Virus record (IMG/VR): IMGVR_UViG_3300002091_000027
Span: 1 to 64,000 of that record
Strand: one strand, 5' to 3'
Source: a virus
Taxonomy: Duplodnaviria; Caudoviricetes
Length of the DNA: 64,000 nucleotides
The translations under genes and the position numbers were made by a program. Shown one piece after another: positions 1 through 9,931 of this stretch. Each line of letters opens with the position of its first letter. Position 1 is the first letter of the stretch. The notes beneath the pieces were generated by a model, which did no database searches, was not told the origin of the DNA, and saw only the letters and a program-made list of their open reading frames with translations.

Positions 1-3000
1 TCTGACCCTTCACGACTTGCTACTAGTTATTCTGCTACTGTAAGCGGTGCAACAGGCAGTACCACAATTGTATTCTCATACAATACTTCTTCAATGAGTT
101 CTACAGACAAACTTTCAATTGTTATTGATGAATACGCTGAAAAGTTTCAACCAGTAGAAGAACTTTATGACCCGGTTGGAAAATTCCGTGTAAGTACTCC
201 ACAATCACTTATTGACACCGACTTTGAGTATGGTAACCAGACTTCAAAGTGGGAAGCAATAGGAGCAACTAATTGGCACCCTGCTGCGTACAACCTCTAT
301 CCACCAATTAGTCAACCCACTAATTCTCTTGCTACTGTTGCTAGTATTTCTATCCCAATTGGTAGTAAAACAGTCACTGTAACTACATCGGGTGCACACG
401 GTTATGTTGCTGGTCAACCAATTAGTGTCCAAGATTCTCAATTTATGTCAGCAAATGGTAATTTTGTTATTGAATCAGTTACCACTAGTGGATTTACTTA
501 CAGTGCCAAAGCTGTTAATACATCTAATGCATTAACTAGTATTTTTGACCCTTATAAAACACAAGTTTGGCAACAACAGTACTATACGAATGCTGCAATT
601 GGTGGTGCTCCAACAGTGGTAGCAAGTGGAAATCTTATTTCTGTTACAACTACCGTGCCTCACACCCTACACCTTGGAAATGAAATCGCTATAACCGGAA
701 CAGCTACAGCAGCTGTCAACGGAAATTTCTTTGTAACAGGAATTACAAGTGCTAGTGGATTTACCTACTTTGTACCTAGTGGTACCATCTCTAGTGGTGC
801 AATTACGGCTACATCAGCGTCTGTTTATGCACGTAATCAATCAATGTTTGCACAACGTCCATTTGATGGTGGTGTATTGTTTGGTAGTCAATCATTGTCA
901 AACCTACAGTCTTCAATTAGACAAACTCGTAGAAACTTCCACTACCAATCCGGTAAGGGTCTAGAAATGGCTACTGGTACAATTCTAAAAACTTCTTTCA
1001 TTGTTGATTCTCTAACTTCAAATGGTACAGCAATTGGTTCAACTATTACAATCCAAACTAGAGAGCAACACAATTTGACTCCTGGACTTTCAATTAATAT
1101 TGCTGGTGTTGCAACTAGTGGATATAATGGAAATTATCTAATAAATACTATATTGAATGCTACACAATTTACAGTGCTAGCAACCACTACATTAGGTAAC
1201 ACTAGCCCTACAGACTCCCCAGGTGTATTTGCAGTTACAGTTAATGGTTGGTATGGTTCCAATCAAAGAATGGGATTGTTTAGCCAAGAAAATGGTATTT
1301 TCTTTGACTTTGATGGACAGCAACTTTATGCTGTATTGAGAAGTTCTACAAAACAATTATCCGGTCGTGTGACTGCAACCCAAGGTAGCACAATCCTTAC
1401 TCAAACAGACAGTAATTTCCCAACAATTTTTAGCAAACAACTTACCCCTGGTCAATACATTGTAATTCGTGGTCTTAGTTACAGAGTAACAGATATCATC
1501 AGTGACACTCAGATTAACATTAGTCCAGCTTATCGTGGAATTACTGCTAGTTATGTCACTATGACTGCAACTGTTGATACTGTAATCCCACAAAATCAAT
1601 GGAATATTGATCGTTTAGACGGAACTGGTCCTAGTGGTTATACAATAGACTACACTAAAATGCAAATGTGGTACGTAGACTACTCTTGGTATGGATCAGG
1701 TTTTATTCGTTGGGGTATAAGAACTACAGATGGACAAATTCAATTTTGTCATAAATTAGCCAATAATAATATCAACACCGTTGCTTATATGAGATCTGGT
1801 AACTTACCTGGACGTTATGAGACAAGTAATTTGCCACCATTAGTAACTACAACAAGTAGTGTATTGTCTACAGATACAACTCTTCAAACTACAAGTACAT
1901 TGAACGCAGCTGGAACTAGTGCATTCCCTGCATCAGGTACCCTTTTGATTAGAAACTATGCTGTTGGTACAGAATATGTTAACTATACTGCCGTTACTAC
2001 TAGTGGATTTTCTGGTTTAACTAGAGGAGTTGCAACAACTACTACTTCAGGAACTTACCTTGCACTTACAATGGCTTCAGGTCAAACAGTTGGTTTTTCA
2101 TCTTCAACTATTTCTGGAGTTCAAGTTGGTATGAGAGTAGTGCCTTCCGGTTTCCCAGATAATACTTATGTTAGTAGCATTGTGGGTAGTGGAATTAACT
2201 TTAGTAACGCCTACTATGGTACTTCAAACCCAACAGTCGTTTTCCAACAGATGGGTTTACCTGCATCAAATTTCACTTTCAGCTCTACTAGTCCAACAAT
2301 AGTTGAACTGGCTACTCCATCACATAGTCCTTTGTTTAGCCACTGGGGAACAGCAGTTACTATGGACGGTGGATTTGACCAAGACAAAAATTTGCTTTTT
2401 ACTTATGGTCAAACATTACCAATTACCCTAGCATCTGGTCAGACAAAAGCACTAATGTCTATTAGACTTGCACCAAGTGTTGACAACAGTCAAATTAGTT
2501 CATTGCTTGGTTCTCACGAACTTACTAACCGTGTTCAGCTACAACTTCAAACACTAGACGTTGCTGTTACTGCTTCTGGTGCACCTTCACTTAACGTTGG
2601 TGGTGGTAACGTATTGATTAAAGCTTACCTAAACGCAACTCCAGTTCTAATATCAGGCGGTACAATTCCAGCATGGGTAAATGCAGTAAGCAATGTCAAT
2701 ACTCCAAATTCATCATTGAGTCAAATTGCTGACTATTCATCTGTAACAAATGGAGTTACAACTGCAAGCGGTTTATTTGGTGGTGAAGCTACTGCAGGAT
2801 TCTTTGTAAGTACTACTCAAGAAGTAGATGTATCCAAAGTTAGAGATCTAGGTAACTCAATTCTAAGTGGTGGAGGAACTGGATTCCCAAATACAGGTAT
2901 TTATCCAGACGGTCCAGATACCCTAACATTGGTTGCTCAAAATGTGGGAGTTGTTCCAGTAAACATACTTGCTCGTGTTTCATGGGTAGAGCCTCAAGCT

Positions 3001-3003
3001 TAA
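1..3003 (+). CDS. Large beta-rich virion structural protein (fibre/baseplate-associated), 5'-truncated by the window edge
   Basis: Frame 1 is open from base 1 (SDPSRLATSY...YNTSSMSSTDKL), so the ATG at 94 is internal. T/S/G-rich; contains a DPVGKFRVSTPQSLIDTDFEYG segment typical of phage structural proteins; heads the virion operon. Confidence 0.7.
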   Translation, partial: SDPSRLATSYSATVSGATGSTTIVFSYNTSSMSSTDKLSIVIDEYAEKFQPVEELYDPVGKFRVSTPQSLIDTDFEYGNQTSKWEAIGATNWHPAAYNLYPPISQPTNSLATVASISIPIGSKTVTVTTSGAHGYVAGQPISVQDSQFMSANGNFVIESVTTSGFTYSAKAVNTSNALTSIFDPYKTQVWQQQYYTNAAIGGAPTVVASGNLISVTTTVPHTLHLGNEIAITGTATAAVNGNFFVTGITSASGFTYFVPSGTISSGAITATSASVYARNQSMFAQRPFDGGVLFGSQSLSNLQSSIRQTRRNFHYQSGKGLEMATGTILKTSFIVDSLTSNGTAIGSTITIQTREQHNLTPGLSINIAGVATSGYNGNYLINTILNATQFTVLATTTLGNTSPTDSPGVFAVTVNGWYGSNQRMGLFSQENGIFFDFDGQQLYAVLRSSTKQLSGRVTATQGSTILTQTDSNFPTIFSKQLTPGQYIVIRGLSYRVTDIISDTQINISPAYRGITASYVTMTATVDTVIPQNQWNIDRLDGTGPSGYTIDYTKMQMWYVDYSWYGSGFIRWGIRTTDGQIQFCHKLANNNINTVAYMRSGNLPGRYETSNLPPLVTTTSSVLSTDTTLQTTSTLNAAGTSAFPASGTLLIRNYAVGTEYVNYTAVTTSGFSGLTRGVATTTTSGTYLALTMASGQTVGFSSSTISGVQVGMRVVPSGFPDNTYVSSIVGSGINFSNAYYGTSNPTVVFQQMGLPASNFTFSSTSPTIVELATPSHSPLFSHWGTAVTMDGGFDQDKNLLFTYGQTLPITLASGQTKALMSIRLAPSVDNSQISSLLGSHELTNRVQLQLQTLDVAVTASGAPSLNVGGGNVLIKAYLNATPVLISGGTIPAWVNAVSNVNTPNSSLSQIADYSSVTNGVTTASGLFGGEATAGFFVSTTQEVDVSKVRDLGNSILSGGGTGFPNTGIYPDGPDTLTLVAQNVGVVPVNILARVSWVEPQA

Positions 3004-3015
3004 GAAAGGCCCATT

Positions 3016-3984
3016 GTGCCATTAAGTAGAATTCAGCAGGGTGGAAATTCTGACCCACTTATTATAAACAATGTTGTTGCTAGTGGACTTGTAGTTAATG
3101 GAACTACCACTACCAGTGGGCTTATAGTTAATGGTAATGAAAGTATTAATGGTAGTCTAACTATAAGTGGTGGCTTAACTGTGAAAGGGACAGTTGGGTC
3201 TTTAGTACTAAGTGGATCTATAACTACACCTGGTACTGCCTTAGTACTGCAACAAACTGGAGATCAGTTTGGTACTACACAATTGCAGATTCAAAATAGA
3301 AATGGACTTAATGGAATTCTAGTTAGTAATCCTAGTATTCCACTAGTTGACTATGGATCTCTACCTCAAAATTATCTTGTTCCAGCAGACTTTAGAGCAG
3401 AAGGCAGAGTTGGTAGTACATATAGCGCTAATACTACTAGCGGAATCGAATACCAAATGTGGCCTGCAGGTGCACAAGGAGCTACAGCTGCTCCTGCATT
3501 TGCTGTAAGTGCATATGCCGCTATATTTACTGTACCAGTACAGTTGACTTCACCTACACTTCAAGGTGCAATTGAAAAATTTGGTGTTTTTGGTAGTGCA
3601 TTGTCAGCCTCTACTCCGGCTACAATGAATGGTAATCAAGCAACACTTTATATGGCAACTGCTGCCACTCCTACTGCAACATGGACAGTTAACTTACAGA
3701 ACTGCCCTACAGTTGCTGGTCAATCAATAACTTTTGCAATTACAGTGCTAAATGGTAGTACAGCATATCTTCCTAGTAATATAACTATCAATGGAGTTCA
3801 GGCAGGAGCCTCTAGTAGCGCTCTTCCAGCTCATAAAGCAGTTAACAACAATATTACCACTTACTATCAGGGTGGTACCGCTTGGAGCGCTGCAGATACT
3901 AGTGAACTAGATGTCTATACTTTTACAGCAATGTGTACTGCTTCCGGAGTCTACACTCTACTCCTAGGGCTCAATAAATTCTAA
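3016..3984 (+). CDS. Putative tail fibre / minor virion protein
   Basis: GTG start after AAGAAAGG. N-terminal beta-strand repeats (GLVVNG, GLIVNG, GSLTISGGLTVKG) and a globular C-terminal domain; structural context. Confidence 0.55.
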   Translation: MPLSRIQQGGNSDPLIINNVVASGLVVNGTTTTSGLIVNGNESINGSLTISGGLTVKGTVGSLVLSGSITTPGTALVLQQTGDQFGTTQLQIQNRNGLNGILVSNPSIPLVDYGSLPQNYLVPADFRAEGRVGSTYSANTTSGIEYQMWPAGAQGATAAPAFAVSAYAAIFTVPVQLTSPTLQGAIEKFGVFGSALSASTPATMNGNQATLYMATAATPTATWTVNLQNCPTVAGQSITFAITVLNGSTAYLPSNITINGVQAGASSSALPAHKAVNNNITTYYQGGTAWSAADTSELDVYTFTAMCTASGVYTLLLGLNKF

Positions 3985-3985
3985 T

Positions 3986-4981
3986 ATGCCTATCATATCA
4001 GGTGTTGCAAATGCCAGTCTAAAAGGATTAGGTTTTGGTGGTGGTGGTGTGCCACCACTATATGCTTTCCCAGTTGGGACAACATTCCCATTCAATACAG
4101 GTGGAGTTGGTGGTACCAACGGTGTTGTTACTGATCAAGGTGTAAGGACTGGGCCTACACTTTCACAAGTTGTTGCTACTTATAGTTCTGTTACTTGGCC
4201 CTGGATTACTAACACTGCATATTTTAATATGAGTAGTTATCAAGGTTATCAGCAATGGACTGTCCCTGCTACTGGAAGTTATGCAATAGTATGTTCTGGA
4301 GCTAGTGGTGGTAGTTATAGTACATTAACAGCAGCCGTTGGCGCTGTTGCTAGTGGAACATTTTCCTTAACCCAGGGTCAAATATTAACATTTGTAATTG
4401 GTCAAAAAGGTGGACAAGGAGTAAATGACAGTCAAGCAGCAGCCGGTGGTGGTGGAACTTTTGTATTTAGTAGTAGTAGTGTTTTTAGTATTGCAACCTG
4501 TCTTATAGCTGCCGGTGGTGGTGGAGGTGTAGGCAATTATGGTGGTGTTTCTTATCCACTAGCCAATGGTCAAACAGGAACTTCAGGTGGTACACCCAAC
4601 GATTATGCTTATGCTGGTGGTACTGGTGGTAATGGTTCATCATCTACACCAGATGGTGCATCTGGTATGGGTGGTGCAGGAATTACAACTGGGCCTGCTG
4701 CTGGTGCCCTAGGAGGAGTTAATCCTACTGCTATATCTGTTGGTGGTGTTGGTGGTTTTGAACAATACTCAGGTGTTGGTGGTTTTGGTGGTGGTGGAGG
4801 CTATTGGGGTGGAGGAGGAGGAGGAGGAGGTTACTCAGGTGGAGCTCCTGGTCACTGGTCAAACGCTGCTACTGCTGGTGGAGGTGGATCTTATGTTGCA
4901 AGTAGTGCAACAAATACTGGTATATCTCAGTCAGCTACGCCTCTTTACAACGGTGCTGCAAAGATTACAAGAATAAGTTAA
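3986..4981 (+). CDS. Glycine-rich (ALK/LTK GRD-like) virion protein
   Basis: GPTL...Y...GYQQWTVPATGSYAIVCSGASGG followed by GQKGG, GGGGGT, GGFGGGG and GGGGGYSGG polyglycine blocks. Confidence 0.65.
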   Translation: MPIISGVANASLKGLGFGGGGVPPLYAFPVGTTFPFNTGGVGGTNGVVTDQGVRTGPTLSQVVATYSSVTWPWITNTAYFNMSSYQGYQQWTVPATGSYAIVCSGASGGSYSTLTAAVGAVASGTFSLTQGQILTFVIGQKGGQGVNDSQAAAGGGGTFVFSSSSVFSIATCLIAAGGGGGVGNYGGVSYPLANGQTGTSGGTPNDYAYAGGTGGNGSSSTPDGASGMGGAGITTGPAAGALGGVNPTAISVGGVGGFEQYSGVGGFGGGGGYWGGGGGGGGYSGGAPGHWSNAATAGGGGSYVASSATNTGISQSATPLYNGAAKITRIS

Positions 4982-4990
4982 AGGTAAATT

Positions 4991-6379
4991 ATGGCTTATT
5001 ACACACGTGGATATTATAGTGGGAACACTCACGCCCCTGTATACGAAGGTTATCGAGGTGGCTTTCTTCACATGGGGCCATACAACGAATTTAAATATGC
5101 AGTAATTACTTTTGTAGTTATGGCATCATCTAATAAAACCTTTGCTGGTATACGAACAGCACTAGCTACTTCAGCATCTTTGATCTTACCACGCAGAGTA
5201 AACCAATTCTCCAGAGTTGCTAAAACAATCGCAATCAACCTTGCTAAAGACATAAGACTTGCTTACCATAAACGGCTAGCTGTTGCTATAAGTATAAGTT
5301 TAGCAAATACTAAAAAATCTAGATTTACAAACGTTAGAGTCATATTTACAAATTTAACCAATGTTACTAAATTGTTTAAATTTAATAGAAAAAGTGTGGC
5401 AACTGTTAGTAATCTAGCAAATGTTACAAAAAAGGCAAAGTTTACAAAAGTTGCTCGTGCACTTGTATCTAATCTTGCATTTGAAGGCAAAGTATCAGTA
5501 TTTCATCGTTATGCAACTGCTCGTATAACTGCATTAACCACTAACAAAAAACATGCAACATTTATTAGGGTTGCCCGTATTATGGCAACTAACTTAGCCA
5601 ATGATGTCAGGTTAGCTTTACACAAGAGGTTGTCTTCTGTTATTGCTGTTCAATTGACAACAACACAGAAAAACCGTTCAACAAATATTAGAGTTTTTGC
5701 AACTAATTTAGTTAAATTAACTAAATTTTCTAAATTTAAACGTATAAGTGCTGCAACAACTAGCAACCTTATTGTTGCTAATAAAAAAGCATCAAAGATT
5801 AGAGTTGCTAAAATTGTAGCAACCATCATTATTAAAGATACACAAGTTGCTATTCACAAGCGTTTGTCTTCTATTATAGCTGTTTCATTGGTTCGTGTCA
5901 AAAAAGCTCGATCAACTAATATAAAAATTGTTGCTATTAATTTAATTAAAATTGGCAAAATTAACAAATTTATTAGAAAAAGCACAGCAACAACAATCAG
6001 GCTTATTACCACATCAAATAAACGTCGTGTTATTAAAAAAGCAACTGCAATGCAACCTGTCATGGCTTCAGTAACTAGAGTTAAGGGAGCACATAGAGTT
6101 TCAAAAGTTACTATGACTTACCAAATTGGTACAACTAAGAGCATTACTAGGGTTAGAAAAGCCATTGCCACGTCAGTTGGGGTTATCCGTTATGGTCTTA
6201 GCAGAATCTTAAACGTACGTTCTGTAGAATCTGGTAAAGTCCAGCCTATCAACGAAGTCAATTTCTATGTTACACCGCATAATGTAGATGTTGCCGGTGA
6301 CCACGCAACCGAAAATGACCAAACAGCACCTTATTCTGAGCCTCTTTATAACTCTGGGGAAGATGTAGTACCTAGCTAA
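4991..6379 (+). CDS. Highly basic repetitive protein, probably virion-associated
   Basis: Central ~330 aa rich in K/R/T/V/I/A, almost free of D/E/P/G, built of 19-20 aa units; acidic C-terminal tail. Confidence 0.6.
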   Translation: MAYYTRGYYSGNTHAPVYEGYRGGFLHMGPYNEFKYAVITFVVMASSNKTFAGIRTALATSASLILPRRVNQFSRVAKTIAINLAKDIRLAYHKRLAVAISISLANTKKSRFTNVRVIFTNLTNVTKLFKFNRKSVATVSNLANVTKKAKFTKVARALVSNLAFEGKVSVFHRYATARITALTTNKKHATFIRVARIMATNLANDVRLALHKRLSSVIAVQLTTTQKNRSTNIRVFATNLVKLTKFSKFKRISAATTSNLIVANKKASKIRVAKIVATIIIKDTQVAIHKRLSSIIAVSLVRVKKARSTNIKIVAINLIKIGKINKFIRKSTATTIRLITTSNKRRVIKKATAMQPVMASVTRVKGAHRVSKVTMTYQIGTTKSITRVRKAIATSVGVIRYGLSRILNVRSVESGKVQPINEVNFYVTPHNVDVAGDHATENDQTAPYSEPLYNSGEDVVPS

Positions 6380-6415
6380 ATCTACCGTAGTCTATAGGAA
6401 TATAAAGGAATAATC

Positions 6416-6907
6416 ATGACCGACGTAAGAGACAACATTGTTGCTTGGGCTAAGTGGGCTGCTGCCAACCATGCTAAATTTAACTATACCCAAGGGCCAC
6501 TTCGCATGAGTAATATTAACCGCCCAGGTAAATTGCCAGTTAATGCCGATTGTTCAAGTTTTGTGACCCTCTGTTACAATTGGGCTGGAGCACCAGATCC
6601 TAATGGTCAAAGCTACAACCACACTGGTTACACTGGAACTCTTCTTTCTCACGGAAAAAAGATCGATCTTAAAGATGTTCTACCTGGCGATGTTATTGTT
6701 TACGGTGGTGGCACTGGCGAACACACAGCACTTATTGTAGATGTAACAGGTGTTAACGCTAAAAACCCCCTTACGGTGTCCCATGGACAACAGGGCGACC
6801 CTTCGTACTGCCACGTCAATCAGGATGGTCGCAAACCACAGACCTACCTACGCTTCAACACAAGTGCAATTAATGCACACTCTTCTCACATTCCACCAAC
6901 AAAGTAG
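6416..6907 (+). CDS. NlpC/P60 cell-wall endopeptidase (likely endolysin)
   Basis: ADCSSFV catalytic Cys, PGDVIVY and EHTALI catalytic His; RBS AAAGGA. Confidence 0.85.
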   Translation: MTDVRDNIVAWAKWAAANHAKFNYTQGPLRMSNINRPGKLPVNADCSSFVTLCYNWAGAPDPNGQSYNHTGYTGTLLSHGKKIDLKDVLPGDVIVYGGGTGEHTALIVDVTGVNAKNPLTVSHGQQGDPSYCHVNQDGRKPQTYLRFNTSAINAHSSHIPPTK

Positions 6908-6912
6908 GATAA

Positions 6913-7839
6913 ATGACTACACGTTATCGTGCTAATTTCTATTCAGGACTTGCTACCGTAAATTCTACGGGTTCTTTGACAATTTCTGGCACTGGATTCC
7001 CTAATCTTTCAATTCCAGCAGGGCAATACATGGCTATTACCCTTAATCCTGGATATTATGGTGCTACTACAAATGCAGAAATTGTTTACATTGGACCTAC
7101 AACTACTTCTGGCGTTGCTCAAGTTATTAAGAGAGGCGCCGAGGGAACCGTTGCTATCACTGGAACAAACATTCCATGGGTAGCGGGTCCTACACCTACT
7201 GACTTTGACGTTTCAAACCTTACTGCTACGGGCACTCTATCGCTAAGTGGTACTGGTGGTCTTAATGTTAGTGGAACAACCAACTGGGGCGGCAATGTTA
7301 ATTATTTGCTTGGTTCAACCGTTGCTTATACCAATACAAGAATTTATAACGTTCCTTTTGGAAGAATGTATGCTGCTGCTCCAACCGCTATATCTGGAAG
7401 CACTTACACTAATATAACCACAGTTGTTACTGGTACCTATGGAGTTACAAATGGTGGTGTGACTTTTAGTGGCAGTAAATTAGTTGTACCAATAGATGGT
7501 TATTATCAGATCAATGCATCCGTTGGATTTAGTTCAAATACCAACAGTGCTCCATTAACTGCTGGTATTTATGGTGTTCAAGTTGCTGTTTATAATAATA
7601 GCAGTGTTTACGCTAACTATTATGTTGCTGCCAACAACTATTTAGCTCCTAGTGGTACTGCTGGATTATACCCTGAAACTATTGTATTATCAGATATTGT
7701 TTATTTAAATACTGGATGGTCAGTCAATTTAATTGCTTATAATGCTGCAGCATCAGGTACATTTGTTTACACTGGCTCAGGAACTTCAGGACCACAAACT
7801 ACTTATTTATCACTTTCCTATATTGGATCTGTAGCGTAA
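6913..7839 (+). CDS. Minor tail/collar fibre with C1q/TNF-like C-terminal domain
   Basis: T/G/S-rich; C-terminal GVTFSGSKLVVPIDGYYQINASVGF resembles the C1q-like jelly-roll signature. Confidence 0.55.
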   Translation: MTTRYRANFYSGLATVNSTGSLTISGTGFPNLSIPAGQYMAITLNPGYYGATTNAEIVYIGPTTTSGVAQVIKRGAEGTVAITGTNIPWVAGPTPTDFDVSNLTATGTLSLSGTGGLNVSGTTNWGGNVNYLLGSTVAYTNTRIYNVPFGRMYAAAPTAISGSTYTNITTVVTGTYGVTNGGVTFSGSKLVVPIDGYYQINASVGFSSNTNSAPLTAGIYGVQVAVYNNSSVYANYYVAANNYLAPSGTAGLYPETIVLSDIVYLNTGWSVNLIAYNAAASGTFVYTGSGTSGPQTTYLSLSYIGSVA

Positions 7840-7848
7840 GCTTAATTA

Positions 7849-8712
7849 ATGAGACAACGCCCAATACCACAATATGCTGCAGAACCAGTTGGTATAACAA
7901 CGTATGTCAGCGGAACTTTATCAGATCCTGATAATCAATACGTTTGGCTTAATATTACGAACTCTGACAATGGAGTAGTAGTTTTAGCTTCTGGACAAGC
8001 TACTTATGAAAGTTTGGGTACGTATCAATATACTTTAAATTCAAACCAGACTTCAATCCAAGGCAATTACACTGTTATCTGGAACTATTCTATTAATGGA
8101 AGTCCAAGAAAATATCAAGATAATTTTGTTATTACTGATCAAATGCCTTATTGGAGCAATCTAGATACTCAAACTCGTCAAATGGTTACCAACATTGTTC
8201 ACCGATTAGACAAAAGTTTTGACAGTACTTCTGGTGGACCATACTTGCAAGAACTACAACAAAGTGGTTTTATGATGTATGAAGAAGTAGCTATGGTTAT
8301 GCAAGACGAAACTATGGACTATATTAACTTTGAATTTCAACCTATTTTTAGTCCAGCCTACGAAGTTGGTATGAATGCTACTGTACCATTCCCAACTACT
8401 TATTACGGGGTATTGGCTACACAGACGTATGCTCACTTTCTAAAGCACATTGCTCGTAACTACATCGAACAGCCTACTCCAAATGGTATGAATGCTGCCT
8501 GGATGGACCGTAGAGACTACTACAACCGTTGGTGGCAACTTTACCTATTTGACAAAGAAGTTGCTGATAAACAACTTCGTCAGATGAAGCGTCAATACAT
8601 GGTTGGATCTAAGCGAAGCCTTCTTGTTGCTGGTGGCCTTATCCCACGCATGTTCACAAACCCAGCACGTCCCCACTTCCAGTACGCTGCTGTAAACATG
8701 GGTGGAGCATAG
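7849..8712 (+). CDS. Head-tail adaptor with N-terminal Ig-like domain
   Basis: N-terminal beta-sandwich-like region, helical C-terminal half; first of four neck-type genes before the sheath. Confidence 0.55.
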   Translation: MRQRPIPQYAAEPVGITTYVSGTLSDPDNQYVWLNITNSDNGVVVLASGQATYESLGTYQYTLNSNQTSIQGNYTVIWNYSINGSPRKYQDNFVITDQMPYWSNLDTQTRQMVTNIVHRLDKSFDSTSGGPYLQELQQSGFMMYEEVAMVMQDETMDYINFEFQPIFSPAYEVGMNATVPFPTTYYGVLATQTYAHFLKHIARNYIEQPTPNGMNAAWMDRRDYYNRWWQLYLFDKEVADKQLRQMKRQYMVGSKRSLLVAGGLIPRMFTNPARPHFQYAAVNMGGA

Positions 8713-9403
8713 TGTGTCAGGTATTGATCCACAGCCAGGTCCAGTAGTATCAGGTACGGGTACAGGACTTAATTATCAAGTTGAAAGTCCACTTCTTGTT
8801 GTAAAACAGAAGGATATTTGGGCACAAACCAATCAACAAAGATTCCACGATGAAACCCTACAGTGGTTTGGAGAAGAAATTATTGTTCGTCAACTTTGGC
8901 GTGCAGAAGATGCTGCCCTTGGTTTAGTTACTTATTGTCTAACTTGCCAAGATAGTCCAAACCCTTCTCAGCCTACTGCAAGCGTCCAAAGTCGTGTTAG
9001 CAGTGTTTATCGTCAGACTGGCAATAGTTACTGCCCAGACTGCTTTGGAACCACGTTTACAGGCGGTTTTAAGAACGTCTGCTACCACCTCTATATGTTG
9101 GCCGCAGACACCCCTCAAATCCGTTCTAACCTCACTACAGGGCAATTCTGGAAGAACAACCCACAAGTCCAATTAAGCTGGTATCCAGAGATTAGAACCG
9201 GTGACCTAGTTGTACGTGTAAACCAGTGGAATCAAGGAACACCAACTTCACTTGGTGAACGTTTCCAAGTTAGTGCAGTTACTCCACAAAGCATTCGCAC
9301 TGGTCCTGGAATTAGTTACAACACAACGACATATGTAAATCAAACATGTACTTTGGAAAATGTATTCCCAAGTAGTCCCTACTATAACGTACCGGTAATA
9401 TGA
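8702..9403 (+). CDS. Head-closure / neck protein
   Basis: Two CxxC motifs (YCLTC, YCPDCFGTTFTGGF) then IRTGDLVVR...RFQVSAV; neck synteny. True start probably GTG at 8714. Confidence 0.55.
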   Translation: MEHSVSGIDPQPGPVVSGTGTGLNYQVESPLLVVKQKDIWAQTNQQRFHDETLQWFGEEIIVRQLWRAEDAALGLVTYCLTCQDSPNPSQPTASVQSRVSSVYRQTGNSYCPDCFGTTFTGGFKNVCYHLYMLAADTPQIRSNLTTGQFWKNNPQVQLSWYPEIRTGDLVVRVNQWNQGTPTSLGERFQVSAVTPQSIRTGPGISYNTTTYVNQTCTLENVFPSSPYYNVPVI

Positions 9404-9930
9404 GCGAATTAGACAAAATGGTACCAGTTCCAGAGTCTGTTACACAACAGATTTCTCGTAGAGCTGTGGAAATTGCTCAAATTATTGGACCACGTAAAAC
9501 TGGTGAAGGTCTTACAAGCCTTACACCATATTGGGGTATTGGAATCATTGGTATGCAATTCCCAGACGATCGAGATTACATGCTTGATTTGGACCAAGGT
9601 ATTAAAGAACACCCAATGGAAAACTTGGCAGGAAAAATTATTCCTGTAAGAAGTCCTGGTGGGACATTATATTTTCGTAGAGCAAGCTCCGACACTATTG
9701 GAAAAGTTCCGGTAATCAATAGATCAGCTAAGAGTGGAAGAATAACTGATGGAAAACCAGAATGGATGTATCCATCTAAGCAAGGATTGAACTTTGTTCA
9801 ACGTTCATTGCAAATGAGCGTAGACGAATGGTGTAGAACCGTAAGATCTGAAAATTTAGTTCAAATGCTACTTCAAACAAGACTAAAGAATGATGTAAGC
9901 ATGGTTGTATATGGTAGAGGAATAGCTTAA
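9400..9930 (+). CDS. Putative neck / tail-completion protein
   Basis: Position between head closure and tail terminator; translationally coupled overlap. Confidence 0.45.
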   Translation: MSELDKMVPVPESVTQQISRRAVEIAQIIGPRKTGEGLTSLTPYWGIGIIGMQFPDDRDYMLDLDQGIKEHPMENLAGKIIPVRSPGGTLYFRRASSDTIGKVPVINRSAKSGRITDGKPEWMYPSKQGLNFVQRSLQMSVDEWCRTVRSENLVQMLLQTRLKNDVSMVVYGRGIA

Positions 9931-9931
9931 T

